A DNA stretch of 64,000 nucleotides from a virus, in the IMG/VR virus record IMGVR_UViG_3300037307_000191, positions 12,357 through 76,356 of that record; one strand, written 5' to 3'. Shown piece after piece: positions 40,835 to 51,162 of the stretch. Within the stretch, counting starts at the first letter, position 1. Each line of letters starts with the position of its first letter. The notes under the pieces are model-generated. The model was given only the letters and a program-made list of their open reading frames with translations, ran no database searches and was not told where the DNA came from. The translations under genes were made by a program, and so were the position numbers.

Positions 40835-41379
40835 GAACTTTGGCGCCCCATCGCTCGTTCTTAGGCGTGCCATCGGGTAGCAGCGGCTCAACGTTGAAGT
40901 ACCCATCGGATCCTTTGACCATCCCAACACGCCAATTCTTCTCTTTGAGCATCAATATCACGTTGTGAGCAACCATTCCGCCTGGAGGAGGGATCGATTC
41001 GAGGAACTCAGTTCTATCAGATGTGATTCGAGCATCCATCACCAGAGTTTCAGGATACCACATATTGATTGCATCGGCATTGTTACTCCACAATCCAAAG
41101 TACTTGACTCTATCTCCCTTTGTAACATCGAGTATGAGTTCAACCTTGTGTGGCCCGTTACTGTTAGCTGCACTGAAGTAGTAGTACGAAGCGATGTCGT
41201 TGTCAATGGCAAGCAGATTGTATCCTGAAATATCCATTGTTCCAAGTAAGCCGCCGCCCGTTCCTTTGCGAAACTCTTCGCTAACCTCTCGGTTGCGTTT
41301 GACGTACATGAGATGATCGGTTTTGATCTCATCGAACAATCCGATCACCTCAGGTCTCTGTCTATCACCGAAGGTGCAT
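40821..41379 (-). CDS. Hypothetical protein; probable +1 shift at CGG (41370, codon 4)
   Basis: RBS-preceded ATG CAC CTT CGG TGA; skipping one base gives MHL[G]DRQRPEVIGLFDE into the 175-aa ORF. The GTG start at 41348 cannot be excluded. Confidence 0.55.
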
Positions 41380-41401
41380 GTTTACCCTGACATCTAGCAG
41401 C

Positions 41402-41656
41402 CTATTCACTGATCACCTTCCAGAAGTCGTAGATTTCAGGTTTGGATAGAGTGTAGTACTGCTTCACTCCCTCCACCTCGTAGATTATGCCTCGACCTAG
41501 ATACTTTGTGTAAGCCTTGGGTCCAAAGCCAGGATCAGTGCCGGCGATACAGCAACGGTCGTATTCGATGATAGTGCCATCATCTAACTGAGCCTTAGGC
41601 TTAGGCTTGGTATCGTAGCCGCTCACAACCTGATCATTCACATTGAAATACTTCAT
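41402..41656 (-). CDS. Hypothetical protein
   Basis: MKYFNVND after a GAGGTG RBS. Confidence 0.6.
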   Translation of the reverse strand: MKYFNVNDQVVSGYDTKPKPKAQLDDGTIIEYDRCCIAGTDPGFGPKAYTKYLGRGIIYEVEGVKQYYTLSKPEIYDFWKVISE

Positions 41657-41666
41657 AGTAGTCACC

Positions 41667-42737
41667 TCAAAAGTTAGTGTTGTATACACAGCGCAATGAG
41701 AAGTCTTGAAGATGATTGCGCTTCCAGTAATCAGAGTAGTTCGCTTCCTTGCCGCGGATCTCAGACATGATCAGGCTAAACAGCGGATGTCCTTTCATCT
41801 CGATAGCGACTTCCTTCACTGACTTGTCTGTGTTGGCCCAAACGATCTGCCCGACCTGATCTCGAAGTGTCGCGATCTCTTCAGCCACTCGCTTCTCAAT
41901 CGCCTCAATGGGCGCTAGGTCCTTGCCTTGCGAAGTGAGCAGAGACTTCATGTCATCGACAGTCTCATTCAAGACAGCTTCTACGACATCGCGCTCGCGC
42001 AACTCAGTCATCGTGCGGTGCATCTCTAAGTACCACTTGGTTTTGAGCTTGACTCGGCGCCCGTCCTGTAGCACTAGAACATAGCCTTCAATGCCGACAG
42101 CGTGCTCTACATCGTGCATCAGCTCTTCCCAAGTCTTCTCATACTTCTTGATGACTGGGATCTTGAATGCCCTAGAAAAATTCATCACCTGATTCCATAA
42201 CAAGAATTCACCAGTATCGTTATTGCGAATTGCGAGTAGGGTGAAGTTCTGTTCGCTGCCGTAGTCCAGCACGATTCGAGTGTCCGGATGAGTAAACTCG
42301 AAAATCGGAGTGTACTGAGGTAAACAAGCCCATGCCATTAAATCGATGTTATCTGGAACCAACGATTGCGCGAGCAATGCAACTTCACTGAAGAAGGACT
42401 TCTTGGTCTTCCAGTAGACTTTCTCATCGATTTTGACAGGAGTGACCATTGATCCATCGCGCTTCTCGAAGACCTCGACAAACGAGTCTTTGACGATATC
42501 GGGCTGGGTGTCAGTACGCTCTCCAACATTGAAGAACTTGGGGAAGCACGCGCAGATGCACTCTCCAGTTTGGACATCGTATGCGTTTCCTCGAGTCTCT
42601 AACGCTGCCGGATCATCCCACAACTCCTTGTCGCCGATCATGTATGAGACGATTTCAACAGGATATCCATCAACCATCTCGGTACGGAATCGAATCATCG
42701 AGTTGGTACGGAGATGATCTAAGTCACGATTGTTCAT
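41667..42737 (-). CDS. RNA ligase 1 family (T4 RnlA-like)
   Basis: ETRG, FPKFFNVGE, EKRDGS, IFEF, EGYV, KLKTKWY motifs. Confidence 0.9.
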   Translation of the reverse strand: MNNRDLDHLRTNSMIRFRTEMVDGYPVEIVSYMIGDKELWDDPAALETRGNAYDVQTGECICACFPKFFNVGERTDTQPDIVKDSFVEVFEKRDGSMVTPVKIDEKVYWKTKKSFFSEVALLAQSLVPDNIDLMAWACLPQYTPIFEFTHPDTRIVLDYGSEQNFTLLAIRNNDTGEFLLWNQVMNFSRAFKIPVIKKYEKTWEELMHDVEHAVGIEGYVLVLQDGRRVKLKTKWYLEMHRTMTELRERDVVEAVLNETVDDMKSLLTSQGKDLAPIEAIEKRVAEEIATLRDQVGQIVWANTDKSVKEVAIEMKGHPLFSLIMSEIRGKEANYSDYWKRNHLQDFSLRCVYNTNF

Positions 42738-42951
42738 TGGTTTTTTCCTGGGTTTGAGGTTTTCTGACTGGCCTTTCAATTCCAACTTCTCGGATTCGAG
42801 ATTCGATGTAGTTGAGGGTTGCTCCTATCAAAAGAGTACCACCAGGTGCTCTGAAGTCCGCATAGATAAACTGAGACCTCATATCAACACCCTGACGAAT
42901 GTTATTGATATAGCAGCCAGCCGGGAATGGTTGATTGGGATCTAGTTCCAT
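42724..42951 (-). CDS. Hypothetical protein
   Basis: MELDPNQPF after an RBS. Confidence 0.55.
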   Translation of the reverse strand: MELDPNQPFPAGCYINNIRQGVDMRSQFIYADFRAPGGTLLIGATLNYIESRIREVGIERPVRKPQTQEKTNEQS

Positions 42952-42962
42952 AGTACACCTCG

Positions 42963-43178
42963 TTATAGGATTGCAAGAATTTGACGAATCTCTCCGGAAG
43001 AGAAGCAAGACTCCATCTCTCGTAAGACAGCAAATCGAGTCCCAACTGGGTGTTCTCGAAACTCCGGACAGATGTACATCAGCCTGTCGCTCATTGTGGC
43101 CAAGTTACCATTCACTTCAATTGAGGTCAAGATTTGCAGAACAGGCTTCTGAATAGGTGAACCCAGAGTTGCTTTCAT
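42963..43178 (-). CDS. Hypothetical protein
   Basis: ATGA-coupled 71-aa ORF. Confidence 0.5.
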   Translation of the reverse strand: MKATLGSPIQKPVLQILTSIEVNGNLATMSDRLMYICPEFREHPVGTRFAVLREMESCFSSGEIRQILAIL

Positions 43179-43471
43179 CCCGGCTTACCAATGACCATTC
43201 CGTCAGCCGTTACACAAAGCACGGTTGGATCGATGTACGGAAGGTCGTGGAGTGTCAACCCTCGTTGAGCGAGAAGAACTTTTCTGACATCACAAGGGAA
43301 CAGTTGAGTCTTCTCAACAAGGATCCTGACTTGTGTATCGAAAGAAAGTTCATCTAACACATCTCGGTAATCCATAGTGACACGTCTGTATGATCCCTTC
43401 CCCTTGCTGGATTTGACAACTCGCATACGGTACTTGGGGGTTCTCAAATCTCTTTTGACTTGTGATCTCAT
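43175..43471 (-). CDS. ArfA-like ribosome-rescue peptide with C-terminal extension
   Basis: MRSQVKRDLRTPKYRMRVVKSSKGKGSYRR matches the ArfA LxxPxFRxRVxKxKKGKGSY motif. Confidence 0.7.
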   Translation of the reverse strand: MRSQVKRDLRTPKYRMRVVKSSKGKGSYRRVTMDYRDVLDELSFDTQVRILVEKTQLFPCDVRKVLLAQRGLTLHDLPYIDPTVLCVTADGMVIGKPG

Positions 43472-43472
43472 T

Positions 43473-44096
43473 TCAATCTCCACGCTTTGGCATAGGTATG
43501 ACGGATTCGTGTACAACCCAACACTCAAAAGTTCTTGAATATCTTGCGGGCTTGACCCACAGCTCATTCACCTCATCCCATAATTCGATTCGAGAAACTT
43601 CAACGTACGCTCCATCGATTCGTACCAGCTTCTCTGAGCTGTAATCAGAGTTGCCGATCCAGGTGATCGGGCCTTTCTTGCCCTTGGCCTTGCCGCGGGT
43701 CGTCAAAGAACGAGCTACCACACCCACCTTGGGGATGTACGACTCCAGTTTACGGTGATACTCGTCCCACAGTTTCTTCTGGCGATCATTGAATGCGTTG
43801 AACTCTTCGATAACATCAGGCGTGGCATCGACCGTACAGCCGCAAGGATAGGACCAAGCTCGAGTTGTGGCGTACATGATGTTCCGAGGGGTCTGATTCT
43901 CCCTATCCCAAACGACTGCCATGAAGTCGCTGTCGTCATGATAATTGCGCTCGAATTCACTGAGAACCAGACCGTGCCACTTTTCAACCATGACCAGCGT
44001 CTGACCGTTTTGATTATGATCTTTGTGGGACAGCAGACAGAATGCACCGTCTTCCCAAGATCCATCAGCACGTTGAGTAGTCATTTCGCGAATCAT
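43473..44096 (-). CDS. Early hypothetical protein
   Basis: 207-aa ORF; ERNYHDDSDF...YATTRAWSY; in-frame CGG at 43884 read as Arg. Confidence 0.65.
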   Translation of the reverse strand: MIREMTTQRADGSWEDGAFCLLSHKDHNQNGQTLVMVEKWHGLVLSEFERNYHDDSDFMAVVWDRENQTPRNIMYATTRAWSYPCGCTVDATPDVIEEFNAFNDRQKKLWDEYHRKLESYIPKVGVVARSLTTRGKAKGKKGPITWIGNSDYSSEKLVRIDGAYVEVSRIELWDEVNELWVKPARYSRTFECWVVHESVIPMPKRGD

Positions 44097-44272
44097 TTTA
44101 CAACCCTCATATCAGTCAAGAAAACACGATACAAATTGGTTTGGGCGTCTAGATGACAGATGAACTTGATGTCCTCGATGATCTTGTGATCAGGAACTTT
44201 GGCGCGGATCGCAGATTCATTGCATCCTGTCACGTAAGACATCAAGATCTTCTGATCGGCTAGGCTGTACAT
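44093..44272 (-). CDS. Small hypothetical protein (59 aa)
   Basis: Translated by hand, MYSLADQKIL...MRVVK*; fills the gap and couples to the next gene. Confidence 0.5.
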   Translation of the reverse strand: MYSLADQKILMSYVTGCNESAIRAKVPDHKIIEDIKFICHLDAQTNLYRVFLTDMRVVK

Positions 44273-44487
44273 GAGTTGACCGAGTACGCCGTTAGGTTGT
44301 AGTTCTCATTCAGGCACCGCTCATAGCCCATAGAGCAGACGAAGTTGACTTCGACTAAGGGATCATAAACGAGCTGATTGAAGAGGTCTCGATTGAGTTC
44401 ACCACACTTCCGACGAGCCATATCCAAGTCCTGGTAGGCAGCGTAGTCTCCGAGGATGGGTGACGTGACGACGTGGGAGGTGGCCAT
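44260..44487 (-). CDS. Early hypothetical protein
   Basis: MATSHVV after a GGAG RBS; first gene after an early promoter; in-frame CGG at 44410. Confidence 0.6.
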   Translation of the reverse strand: MATSHVVTSPILGDYAAYQDLDMARRKCGELNRDLFNQLVYDPLVEVNFVCSMGYERCLNENYNLTAYSVNSCTA

Positions 44488-44526
44488 TTTTGATGCTCCG
44501 AAGTTGATTTGAAAGGATGTGGTCAT

Positions 44527-44567
44527 ATTATAGCATCAAGGTACCGGAAAGTCAAGCAGAAATTTTT
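44527..44567 (-). promoter_or_regulatory. Early promoter copy 2 (TTGACT-N17-TATAAT)
   Basis: Same element as at 40784. Confidence 0.85.
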
Positions 44568-45193
44568 GACCACGTCCAGGGCCACCAGAGGGCCGGTGCT
44601 GGGGCAGTCTTGTGTTTATGCTCGTGATGCGGCTTCTCGAGCAAGTTATCGATGTACAGGCGTATGCGATGAAACACATCGTTGCTCATCGATATCTTGG
44701 TGTAGTTGAACTCTTCGAGAACTGGATTGACAACCACTCGGGTGATGTTCCAGTCATCGCTGAACACACAAAACACAGGCGCATTCAAAAGTCTGAAAGG
44801 CGTGTCATCGCTGAATGTGAATTCACAGAAATGCTCATAGGCGTTAGTTTTGATTTCATCGGATAGGTCGATTCCCATCTTGGTTGGAAGAAAGAATGCT
44901 CCGGTTTGAGTGTATGAATGTTCGACTTCATCTCCGCAGGTGATTCGAACTCCCTTGTTGATCTGACCACCGACTCCAATGAGGAAGAAACTTATCTCCC
45001 ACTCAGGAGTGACTGAAGAGGATGTGAATCTCTTAACTGTTTTGATCTGCTTCTTGAGAGATTCTTCAACCTTCATCTTGACAAAAACATCTGCTTCTCT
45101 TGTTTGACGTAGATAGGTGATTGAGGGGTTAGGTGTACTGTTGTACCCCTGATGTAAATCGTAGTAATCTTCGAAATTACTAACAATCTTCAT
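44552..45193 (-). CDS. Hypothetical protein
   Basis: MKIVSNFEDYYD...VNPVLEEFNY; 213-aa ORF. Confidence 0.65.
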   Translation of the reverse strand: MKIVSNFEDYYDLHQGYNSTPNPSITYLRQTREADVFVKMKVEESLKKQIKTVKRFTSSSVTPEWEISFFLIGVGGQINKGVRITCGDEVEHSYTQTGAFFLPTKMGIDLSDEIKTNAYEHFCEFTFSDDTPFRLLNAPVFCVFSDDWNITRVVVNPVLEEFNYTKISMSNDVFHRIRLYIDNLLEKPHHEHKHKTAPAPALWWPWTWSKISA

Positions 45194-45213
45194 GATAGAA
45201 AATCCTTATATGT

Positions 45214-45236
45214 AAAAGGGGGCTGATTAGCCCCCT
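45214..45236 (-). terminator. Intrinsic terminator after hsp20
   Basis: agggggct-aatc-agccccct followed by a U tract on the minus strand. Confidence 0.85.
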
Positions 45237-45254
45237 CTGTGGGAATGGATTGAA

Positions 45255-45689
45255 TCACTCCTCTTGGATGGTTACACTCACTCTCTTGTTGTCATCCTTG
45301 AGTGTTATAGTGAGAACCCCATTCTTTAGAACCGCGGAGTCGAGTAAGAAAGTCCCTCTTACTTCAAACCTGCGAATGAAAGTTCTTCGTGTAAGACCTC
45401 TCTTCACCCACGTCCTTTTTTGATCGTTATCAGTATCATCGGTGGTGGCAGTCTTCTCACCTCTGATGGTGAGAGATTTGCCGTCGAAATCGACTGATAA
45501 TTCTTCTCTTGTGAAGCCTGCGACTGCCATCTCAATCTTGCAATCCCCGTTCTGTTCGAACCAAGAATTGTACGGTGGATATGGATCAGCACTCCCAAAT
45601 ACGAGTCTGTCGTCGTTGGCTAAAGCGTTAAACATGTTTTCGATCTGTCGGAACGGTGTTGTTCCCGAGATTGCTGTTAGTGCGTTCAT
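45255..45689 (-). CDS. Small heat-shock protein (Hsp20/IbpA-like)
   Basis: YPPYN, IEMAVAGF, RGLTRRTFIRRF, AVLKNGVLTI. Confidence 0.92.
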   Translation of the reverse strand: MNALTAISGTTPFRQIENMFNALANDDRLVFGSADPYPPYNSWFEQNGDCKIEMAVAGFTREELSVDFDGKSLTIRGEKTATTDDTDNDQKRTWVKRGLTRRTFIRRFEVRGTFLLDSAVLKNGVLTITLKDDNKRVSVTIQEE

Positions 45690-45749
45690 AGTGTGTCTCC
45701 TCTAATGAGCGAGTTAGTTGACTGGGAGTCCAATCGGCACTCCCGATAC

Positions 45750-45757
45750 TATTTATA
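45750..45757 (-). promoter_or_regulatory. Late promoter TATAAATA with leader hairpin (45724-45744)
   Basis: Exact consensus; gggagt...actccc stem in the hsp20 leader. Confidence 0.7.
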
Positions 45758-45764
45758 AAGACGA

Positions 45765-47649
45765 TTAAGACAACGCACAAGAGTTACCTGTACAAGCCAA
45801 TTCATGGCTCGATGTCGTGGTATCCTCTTTCTCATACTGAGATATCAAGAAGTAGTCCACATCTGGGAATTCCTTCTCCAGCCTGTTGAAGTTCTCCTCA
45901 TCTATCTCTTGAAACGGGGCTTGCTGATAGACGTGATCAGTGTAAGGCAAGAAGGATACGCCGCCCACGTCATCCCAGTTCTTGTAGATCCAACTTCCGA
46001 CTTCAAGCCATTCATCAGGTTTGACATAGATAGTGCAAGATGGATTGTGTTCGCACCAATACTGTCTCACCATCCTATAATGATCAAGCTGCTCTACTGC
46101 AGTGATGTGATGGCGCATTACACTGGTGTCTGGACTCTTCTTCGGGAAGCTAAACACTAGGATGTTGTTTGGATTCGTTGCGTCAGGTTCGCATGGAACT
46201 CCAGCATCAACCAACAGACGTGCTAGTGGATCTTTTGCATCATTCCTCACGGCTCTGACGTAGTACTTCGCAAAACGCGGATGGATGCCTGAAGACGTTC
46301 CTACCAACTCAGCAACAGTTCCGCTAGGCTTCACACACGTACACGCAGCACTAGGTTCGATACCTAGTTTGTCAGCCCACTCAACGTTTACGTTTATTGA
46401 ATGAGTTCGCATCATTCTCAACCATTCAGCTGATTCATCTCCAACTTGACTTAAAACTGGGTGATCCATGATTCCTGTTAAACTTACACCTAGCAAGCGC
46501 TCTTCCTCAGCATTCTTCTTCCACATGCCGCGCAGGTAACGGAACTCAGTCAATGTGCTCTGGAAGGTGCCCACGATAGTTGCCAGCCTGACCTTCTCCA
46601 AGAGATCCTCAAGAGAGTCTTCGGGCCTGACCACTACCTCACTTAGATTACACAGCCCCGCTGATCTGAGATAGATCTCTCCGCAAGGGTTAGTTCCGAA
46701 CTGATATCCGTCGATCTTCCTGCGTCCAGTAGATGCAATCTTCTTAATGGCACTGACTCGATTGAAGATGCCGCGCTCCCCACTCTTACTCTCTATCAAC
46801 GTAAGCCACTCTTTCAAGAAGATCTCAATCTCTGGCTTTTCAGTGTAGGCGGCTGAGTTGTTAGCCAAGGCTCTTTGTGGGCTGCTGATCCACCACTGTC
46901 CGTTCTTGGCATTGCGCATTCTATCATCAGATAGATTGGATAAAGAGATCAATGCACTCCTTCGAACCCCACCGACGATTACGATGTCTGCAATCTTGCA
47001 AACGATATCATGACATTCAAGGCTGTTCAGTTTTCTACCTGCCGCACGCCTAAAGACGTCTACGCAGAACTGAAACAGGTGGTTGAGAGGTTCAGGGCCA
47101 CTAGCTCGACCGCCGAACGTCTTCAATCTCGCGCCCTTAGGTCTCAACTTAGTTAGATCCCAACGCGGAATCTGACCCGCATACAATAGAGCAATCAACT
47201 GTCTGAATGCAGTGGCCCATCCAATTCGGCTATCGTGAACCTGGATGACAGTCTCCGCATTGTACATGTCTTCATTGATCAGCGGAAGTGAATTGATGAA
47301 CTGTCTCTCTACGCTGAACCCCACACCCGTTCCGCACATCAGAATGTACAAGATTTCATCGAATGCTCTAGGGTGATCAATTGCAACGTAGGAGCAGTTG
47401 TATCCAGCTATGTTATCTCTATCTAACGCTGGCCCGGCTGTCATCAAGCAACGCATACTCGGCATCACCTTGAGAGCGAGGATTGCTTCTTTGATCTCTT
47501 CTTCAGGGAACAGAGTTGATCGTTTCTTAAAGAATGCAGTGTATCGTCCGTACCGTTTCTTCCCAAGTTTCCCTACGCTTCTTGTTGTCATCCCATCGAG
47601 CATATCTACTCAAATGTATGTAGTTTTGATACGGAGTCATTTCATTCAT
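45765..47649 (-). CDS. nrdJ: Class II (B12-dependent) ribonucleotide reductase; +1 shift at CGG (47550)
   Basis: MNEMTPYQNYIHLSRYARW...RRETWEETV[CGGA]RY joined to PSMR, NCS, GGVRRSA, TNPCGEI, VKPSGT and C-terminal LACTGNSC. Confidence 0.92.
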
Positions 47650-48530
47650 TGCTTCTACCCCTTATGATTGATTTTATCTTGTGTGTGAACTCTGCTACTT
47701 CCCTGCCACGCAATCTGAATGGACACTCCATCAGAAACTCATCAAGTACGCCCTCTTTGTAGAACTCTTCGTCGAACAACTCAGCAAGTACTTCCAACTC
47801 AAGAGCTGAAAAGGTTACTGCATTCTTTCTGTAATCTTCATAGGCCTGGCACGCGATTGGAACGACTTTCCTCACCATCTCGTACATGATTTGCGCGAGT
47901 CGAACGATCTCGTATTGAGCATGACCTGGGTCGTCTCTCAGCCCAGCATAGTGTAAGAAGTTGTGTAGATCGATCTTCCAATACAGCTCAGTGTAGTTGG
48001 CGAGCGGTAACTGGATACGGGCAAGCTCTCTCGACAGACCTTTCTCGAGGCAAGTGGTGTATCCGTGATATGCGTGAGCGTAGACATCTCGTAGATTGGT
48101 GTCGATGTCATTAGCGACATCCCAATCGAGTTGACCACTGCTCATCTGTTTGTTGTCAGTTGACTGCCCTTGCATCCTGTCGGCTTCAGGCAGATAGAAC
48201 TCATCGCTCATCACACTGTATCGACCAGAATACTCGTTTACAGATGCTGTTCGATGTCTGATGTGTTGTCTCATCACAAAGATGGGGATCTTGAGATGGA
48301 ATCTCAACTCGACCATCTCAAAGGGTGAGGTGTGTCGATGTCTCATCATGTAGCGGATAAGTTGAGCGTCCTCTTTCTCTGTTCGAGTTTCAGAATTGCC
48401 GACCGTAGCTTACTCTAGCAGATTGTGATATGGTTGAATCATTCCCCATTGTTTCAACTAACCCAACGAACCCATAATCAAGATACTTCGAATAACGTGA
48501 ATCATCTATCACGTCGGATTGTAGTGTCAT
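47642..48530 (-). CDS. thyX: Flavin-dependent thymidylate synthase; +1 shift at CGG (48401)
   Basis: LDYGFVGLV...SARVSYG[CGGC]NSE...LIRYMMRHRHTSPFE, RQHIRHR, NEYSGRY, HAQYEI. Confidence 0.92.
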
Positions 48531-48550
48531 AAGCATTAACCTCAGAAGTC

Positions 48551-48589
48551 AATGACCCCCAGAAGAACTGATGCTCTTTGGGGGTCATT
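48551..48589. terminator. Stem-loop, probable terminator upstream of thyX
   Basis: aatgacccccaga...tttgggggtcatt inverted repeat. Confidence 0.65.
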
Positions 48590-48597
48590 ATTGTGAA

Positions 48598-48780
48598 TTA
48601 CTGTACTTGGTTGCTGTTACGTCTGATCGCCTTTACACCCTGGATGACCATTCGTGTAATCATGTAGCCGATAGCTGTGAATAGACCAATCAGAAGTAGG
48701 TACGAAATGATGGTGCCGATAGCGGGTCCGAAGAATAGAACCACAGCGGCCAAAAGGATAACTACTATCAACTCTTTCAT
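48598..48780 (-). CDS. Small membrane protein
   Basis: Two hydrophobic segments in 60 aa. Confidence 0.6.
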   Translation of the reverse strand: MKELIVVILLAAVVLFFGPAIGTIISYLLLIGLFTAIGYMITRMVIQGVKAIRRNSNQVQ

Positions 48781-48781
48781 G

Positions 48782-49252
48782 TCAATCTCCTAACTCCAAT
48801 GAACCACAAACACATTGCTCTTCGGGATCATAACGAGAAGAGAATCCTAGCTTAGTGTATAGAGATCTGCAATTGTGGTTGCCATGTTCGCAATTGAAGT
48901 GCAGAGTATGCACTCCACTCTCTTTTGCGATGTCGATAACACATTGTAGCATCTGAGAGCCGATTCCTTTCTTTTGAAACTCTGGGACGACGCTAACGCT
49001 TACATCTCCATCCATCCTCTCTTTGTTGATAGCAAGCTGCACGATTCCTACAAATTCATCATGCTCGCCCGTCACCACATTGAAGATGTGCTTCTCATCG
49101 GAGCGTTCCTCGATCCCCAGCAACCAATCTCGAATGGCTTCTGGGGACACCGTATGGAAGAAGCGATTGTATCGGTCATCACAAGTGAGGGCAGCGAAGT
49201 GCTTCAAGAACTCTGGCAGATGCTGCCTCACGTCTGATCCAAAAATGATCAT
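48782..49252 (-). CDS. GNAT-family acetyltransferase
   Basis: DRYNRFF, VSVVPEFQKKGIGSQML (motif A), N...LYTKLGF. Confidence 0.85.
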   Translation of the reverse strand: MIIFGSDVRQHLPEFLKHFAALTCDDRYNRFFHTVSPEAIRDWLLGIEERSDEKHIFNVVTGEHDEFVGIVQLAINKERMDGDVSVSVVPEFQKKGIGSQMLQCVIDIAKESGVHTLHFNCEHGNHNCRSLYTKLGFSSRYDPEEQCVCGSLELGD

Positions 49253-49521
49253 TCGGACTCCTCATCCTTCTCGTAGTCTACTTTGATTTGAAGAATTGCG
49301 CCTGCGATAAACGTACTCGGCAAGCGCAGCATACCGATTTCGGTGTCGAGGATGATACCTTCGAACTCGGTTGTCCACTGACTGATCAACTTGTGGAGAT
49401 TGTTGAATTGCTCCAAGGCATTGTCCCTAGTCCCACAAGGCTCTTTGATCGTGCTGATCCTCGTGTTCGACAACGGATGCCAGATTTCGATCCACGCCAC
49501 CAACTGTTCATTATCACTCAT
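49249..49521 (-). CDS. Hypothetical protein
   Basis: RBS and ATGA coupling. Confidence 0.55.
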   Translation of the reverse strand: MSDNEQLVAWIEIWHPLSNTRISTIKEPCGTRDNALEQFNNLHKLISQWTTEFEGIILDTEIGMLRLPSTFIAGAILQIKVDYEKDEESE

Positions 49522-49536
49522 AATCTATCTCCTGTT

Positions 49537-49812
49537 CTAATCAATCGTTTCGACAGTCCAATCAGTGCCACCGATCTCTTCATCCATAGGATTGAAGTCA
49601 GTGACAACGACGGGTACTTTGCGCTGCTTAAGCCATTGGTTGACCGCGGCGATGAATCGTACACGGTCACCGTTCTTTGCATGGAACGCCTGCTCAGTGA
49701 AATCTAACCAATCATCTCTGATCTGGTCATGGTCTTTGCTTCCACCTTTGCTGTGTCGGATGATGAAAGCAGTCATTTCGAGGTCAGTTAAGATTTTGGG
49801 TTCTGTGGACAT
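49537..49812 (-). CDS. Hypothetical protein
   Basis: AGGAG RBS; 91 aa. Confidence 0.55.
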   Translation of the reverse strand: MSTEPKILTDLEMTAFIIRHSKGGSKDHDQIRDDWLDFTEQAFHAKNGDRVRFIAAVNQWLKQRKVPVVVTDFNPMDEEIGGTDWTVETID

Positions 49813-49827
49813 GAGCGTCTCCTTGTT

Positions 49828-50985
49828 TTAGTCCTCTTGAATATCTGTCTTCAGGAGGAATCGGTTTGAGATTGCTTTGAAGCTATGAACCTCACCTTCG
49901 ATCACATTGGCAGTCTTGAACACGATGCCTTCGCGCTCTGCTTTGGGGTTGATCTTGCTCTTGCCTTCAGCCATTAGCAAGCAGGCTTGCTGAGACTCAG
50001 GAAGGCGAGTAGTGCCCAGATGAGGCACTTGGTTGATTTTCGCCCCAGCGGCAATGAGATCAAATATGATTTCCATTCTCTCCAGTCGAGTGGCGTGACG
50101 ACGTTGTTCAATCAACCAGATGTCAAACACGTACAACTCAGTCTGTTCGAGTTTGAGTTTGTTGCCTTGGATCCCCGGGCCGCAGAGTTCTCCTTGAATG
50201 GCGATACTCTTGTTCAGCTTAGGCAAAGCTTCGAGCAACCCGTCACGAATGACGGTACGAATGTACGCATTGTCATCATTGTCCTCGAGCTTGAGTTCGA
50301 GATTGCGACTGCACACACCCATCTCGTAGTACCCATCAGCAACATCACGTTTGAAGTTGACATAGACGGTACAAGACGACCCGTCGAGTTTCTCTTCAAT
50401 GATCCAATCAACGCCTCCATGCTCATGACTATTTAGCAGGTTCACAATACCCCAACAATTCTGAACGCGCTCCTGATCTGTCTTTCGAATGAACGAGGGG
50501 AAGTTGCCTTTAGTGTTGCCAGCGAGCTGAGTTGGAACCGGAGGCTCGTACTTCTGAATACCGAGCAGCTCAGTGACATCCGCCCCAGGTTCGCCGTTGA
50601 CGATGATGTAATCCCAGTCCTGCCATTGCTCATTCCAAGTGCGAACTCCCCACTGAAGGGATTCAGAGCTAAGGATGCGCTTGCTATCCAGAATACTGAT
50701 CGGCATCACTAAGCCTTGAGACAGTTCACCGCGAAGCTTCACGGTACGGAGCCTCTCACCACGAACCCCTTCATAGACACGCGGCTCATGGCCCTTAGAC
50801 AGGAATGGGGCGATTTCAGTGGGGATCCAAGAGTCGATCTCAAAGAAGACGACCATGTCACCCGGCTTGAATTGACCCTTCAAGACCACACACTGCCACC
50901 CTCGAATCGTTGCCAACTCAAGCGAATCGGCGTTTGTGTGGACTTTGATCTCAGAGATTGTTTCGACTGTTGCAAGTTTTCTCAT
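49828..50985 (-). CDS. RNA ligase, DRB0094/Rnl2-related family
   Basis: MRKLAT, FEIDSWIP, KLRGELSQG, KTDQERVQN, EKLDGSS, QGELCGPGIQ, REGIVFK, SFKAISN. Confidence 0.9.
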   Translation of the reverse strand: MRKLATVETISEIKVHTNADSLELATIRGWQCVVLKGQFKPGDMVVFFEIDSWIPTEIAPFLSKGHEPRVYEGVRGERLRTVKLRGELSQGLVMPISILDSKRILSSESLQWGVRTWNEQWQDWDYIIVNGEPGADVTELLGIQKYEPPVPTQLAGNTKGNFPSFIRKTDQERVQNCWGIVNLLNSHEHGGVDWIIEEKLDGSSCTVYVNFKRDVADGYYEMGVCSRNLELKLEDNDDNAYIRTVIRDGLLEALPKLNKSIAIQGELCGPGIQGNKLKLEQTELYVFDIWLIEQRRHATRLERMEIIFDLIAAGAKINQVPHLGTTRLPESQQACLLMAEGKSKINPKAEREGIVFKTANVIEGEVHSFKAISNRFLLKTDIQED

Positions 50986-50996
50986 TGTGCTCACCA

Positions 50997-51161
50997 CTAT
51001 TTTGTAAACCAGATTTTGAAGACAGGGAAGTTGAATCGGAACCACTGAGGATGGCTAGACTTCAACCGGATCTCAAACAAGAACTGACTCCAGTTGTTTT
51101 CGAGCGTGATATCCCCGAAGAGGACTAGAATGACTATGACAAGAATCAGGAAGAACCACAT
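50997..51161 (-). CDS. Small membrane protein
   Basis: MWFFLILVIVILVLFG; in-frame CGG at 51066. Confidence 0.5.
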   Translation of the reverse strand: MWFFLILVIVILVLFGDITLENNWSQFLFEIRLKSSHPQWFRFNFPVFKIWFTK

Positions 51162-51162
51162 T

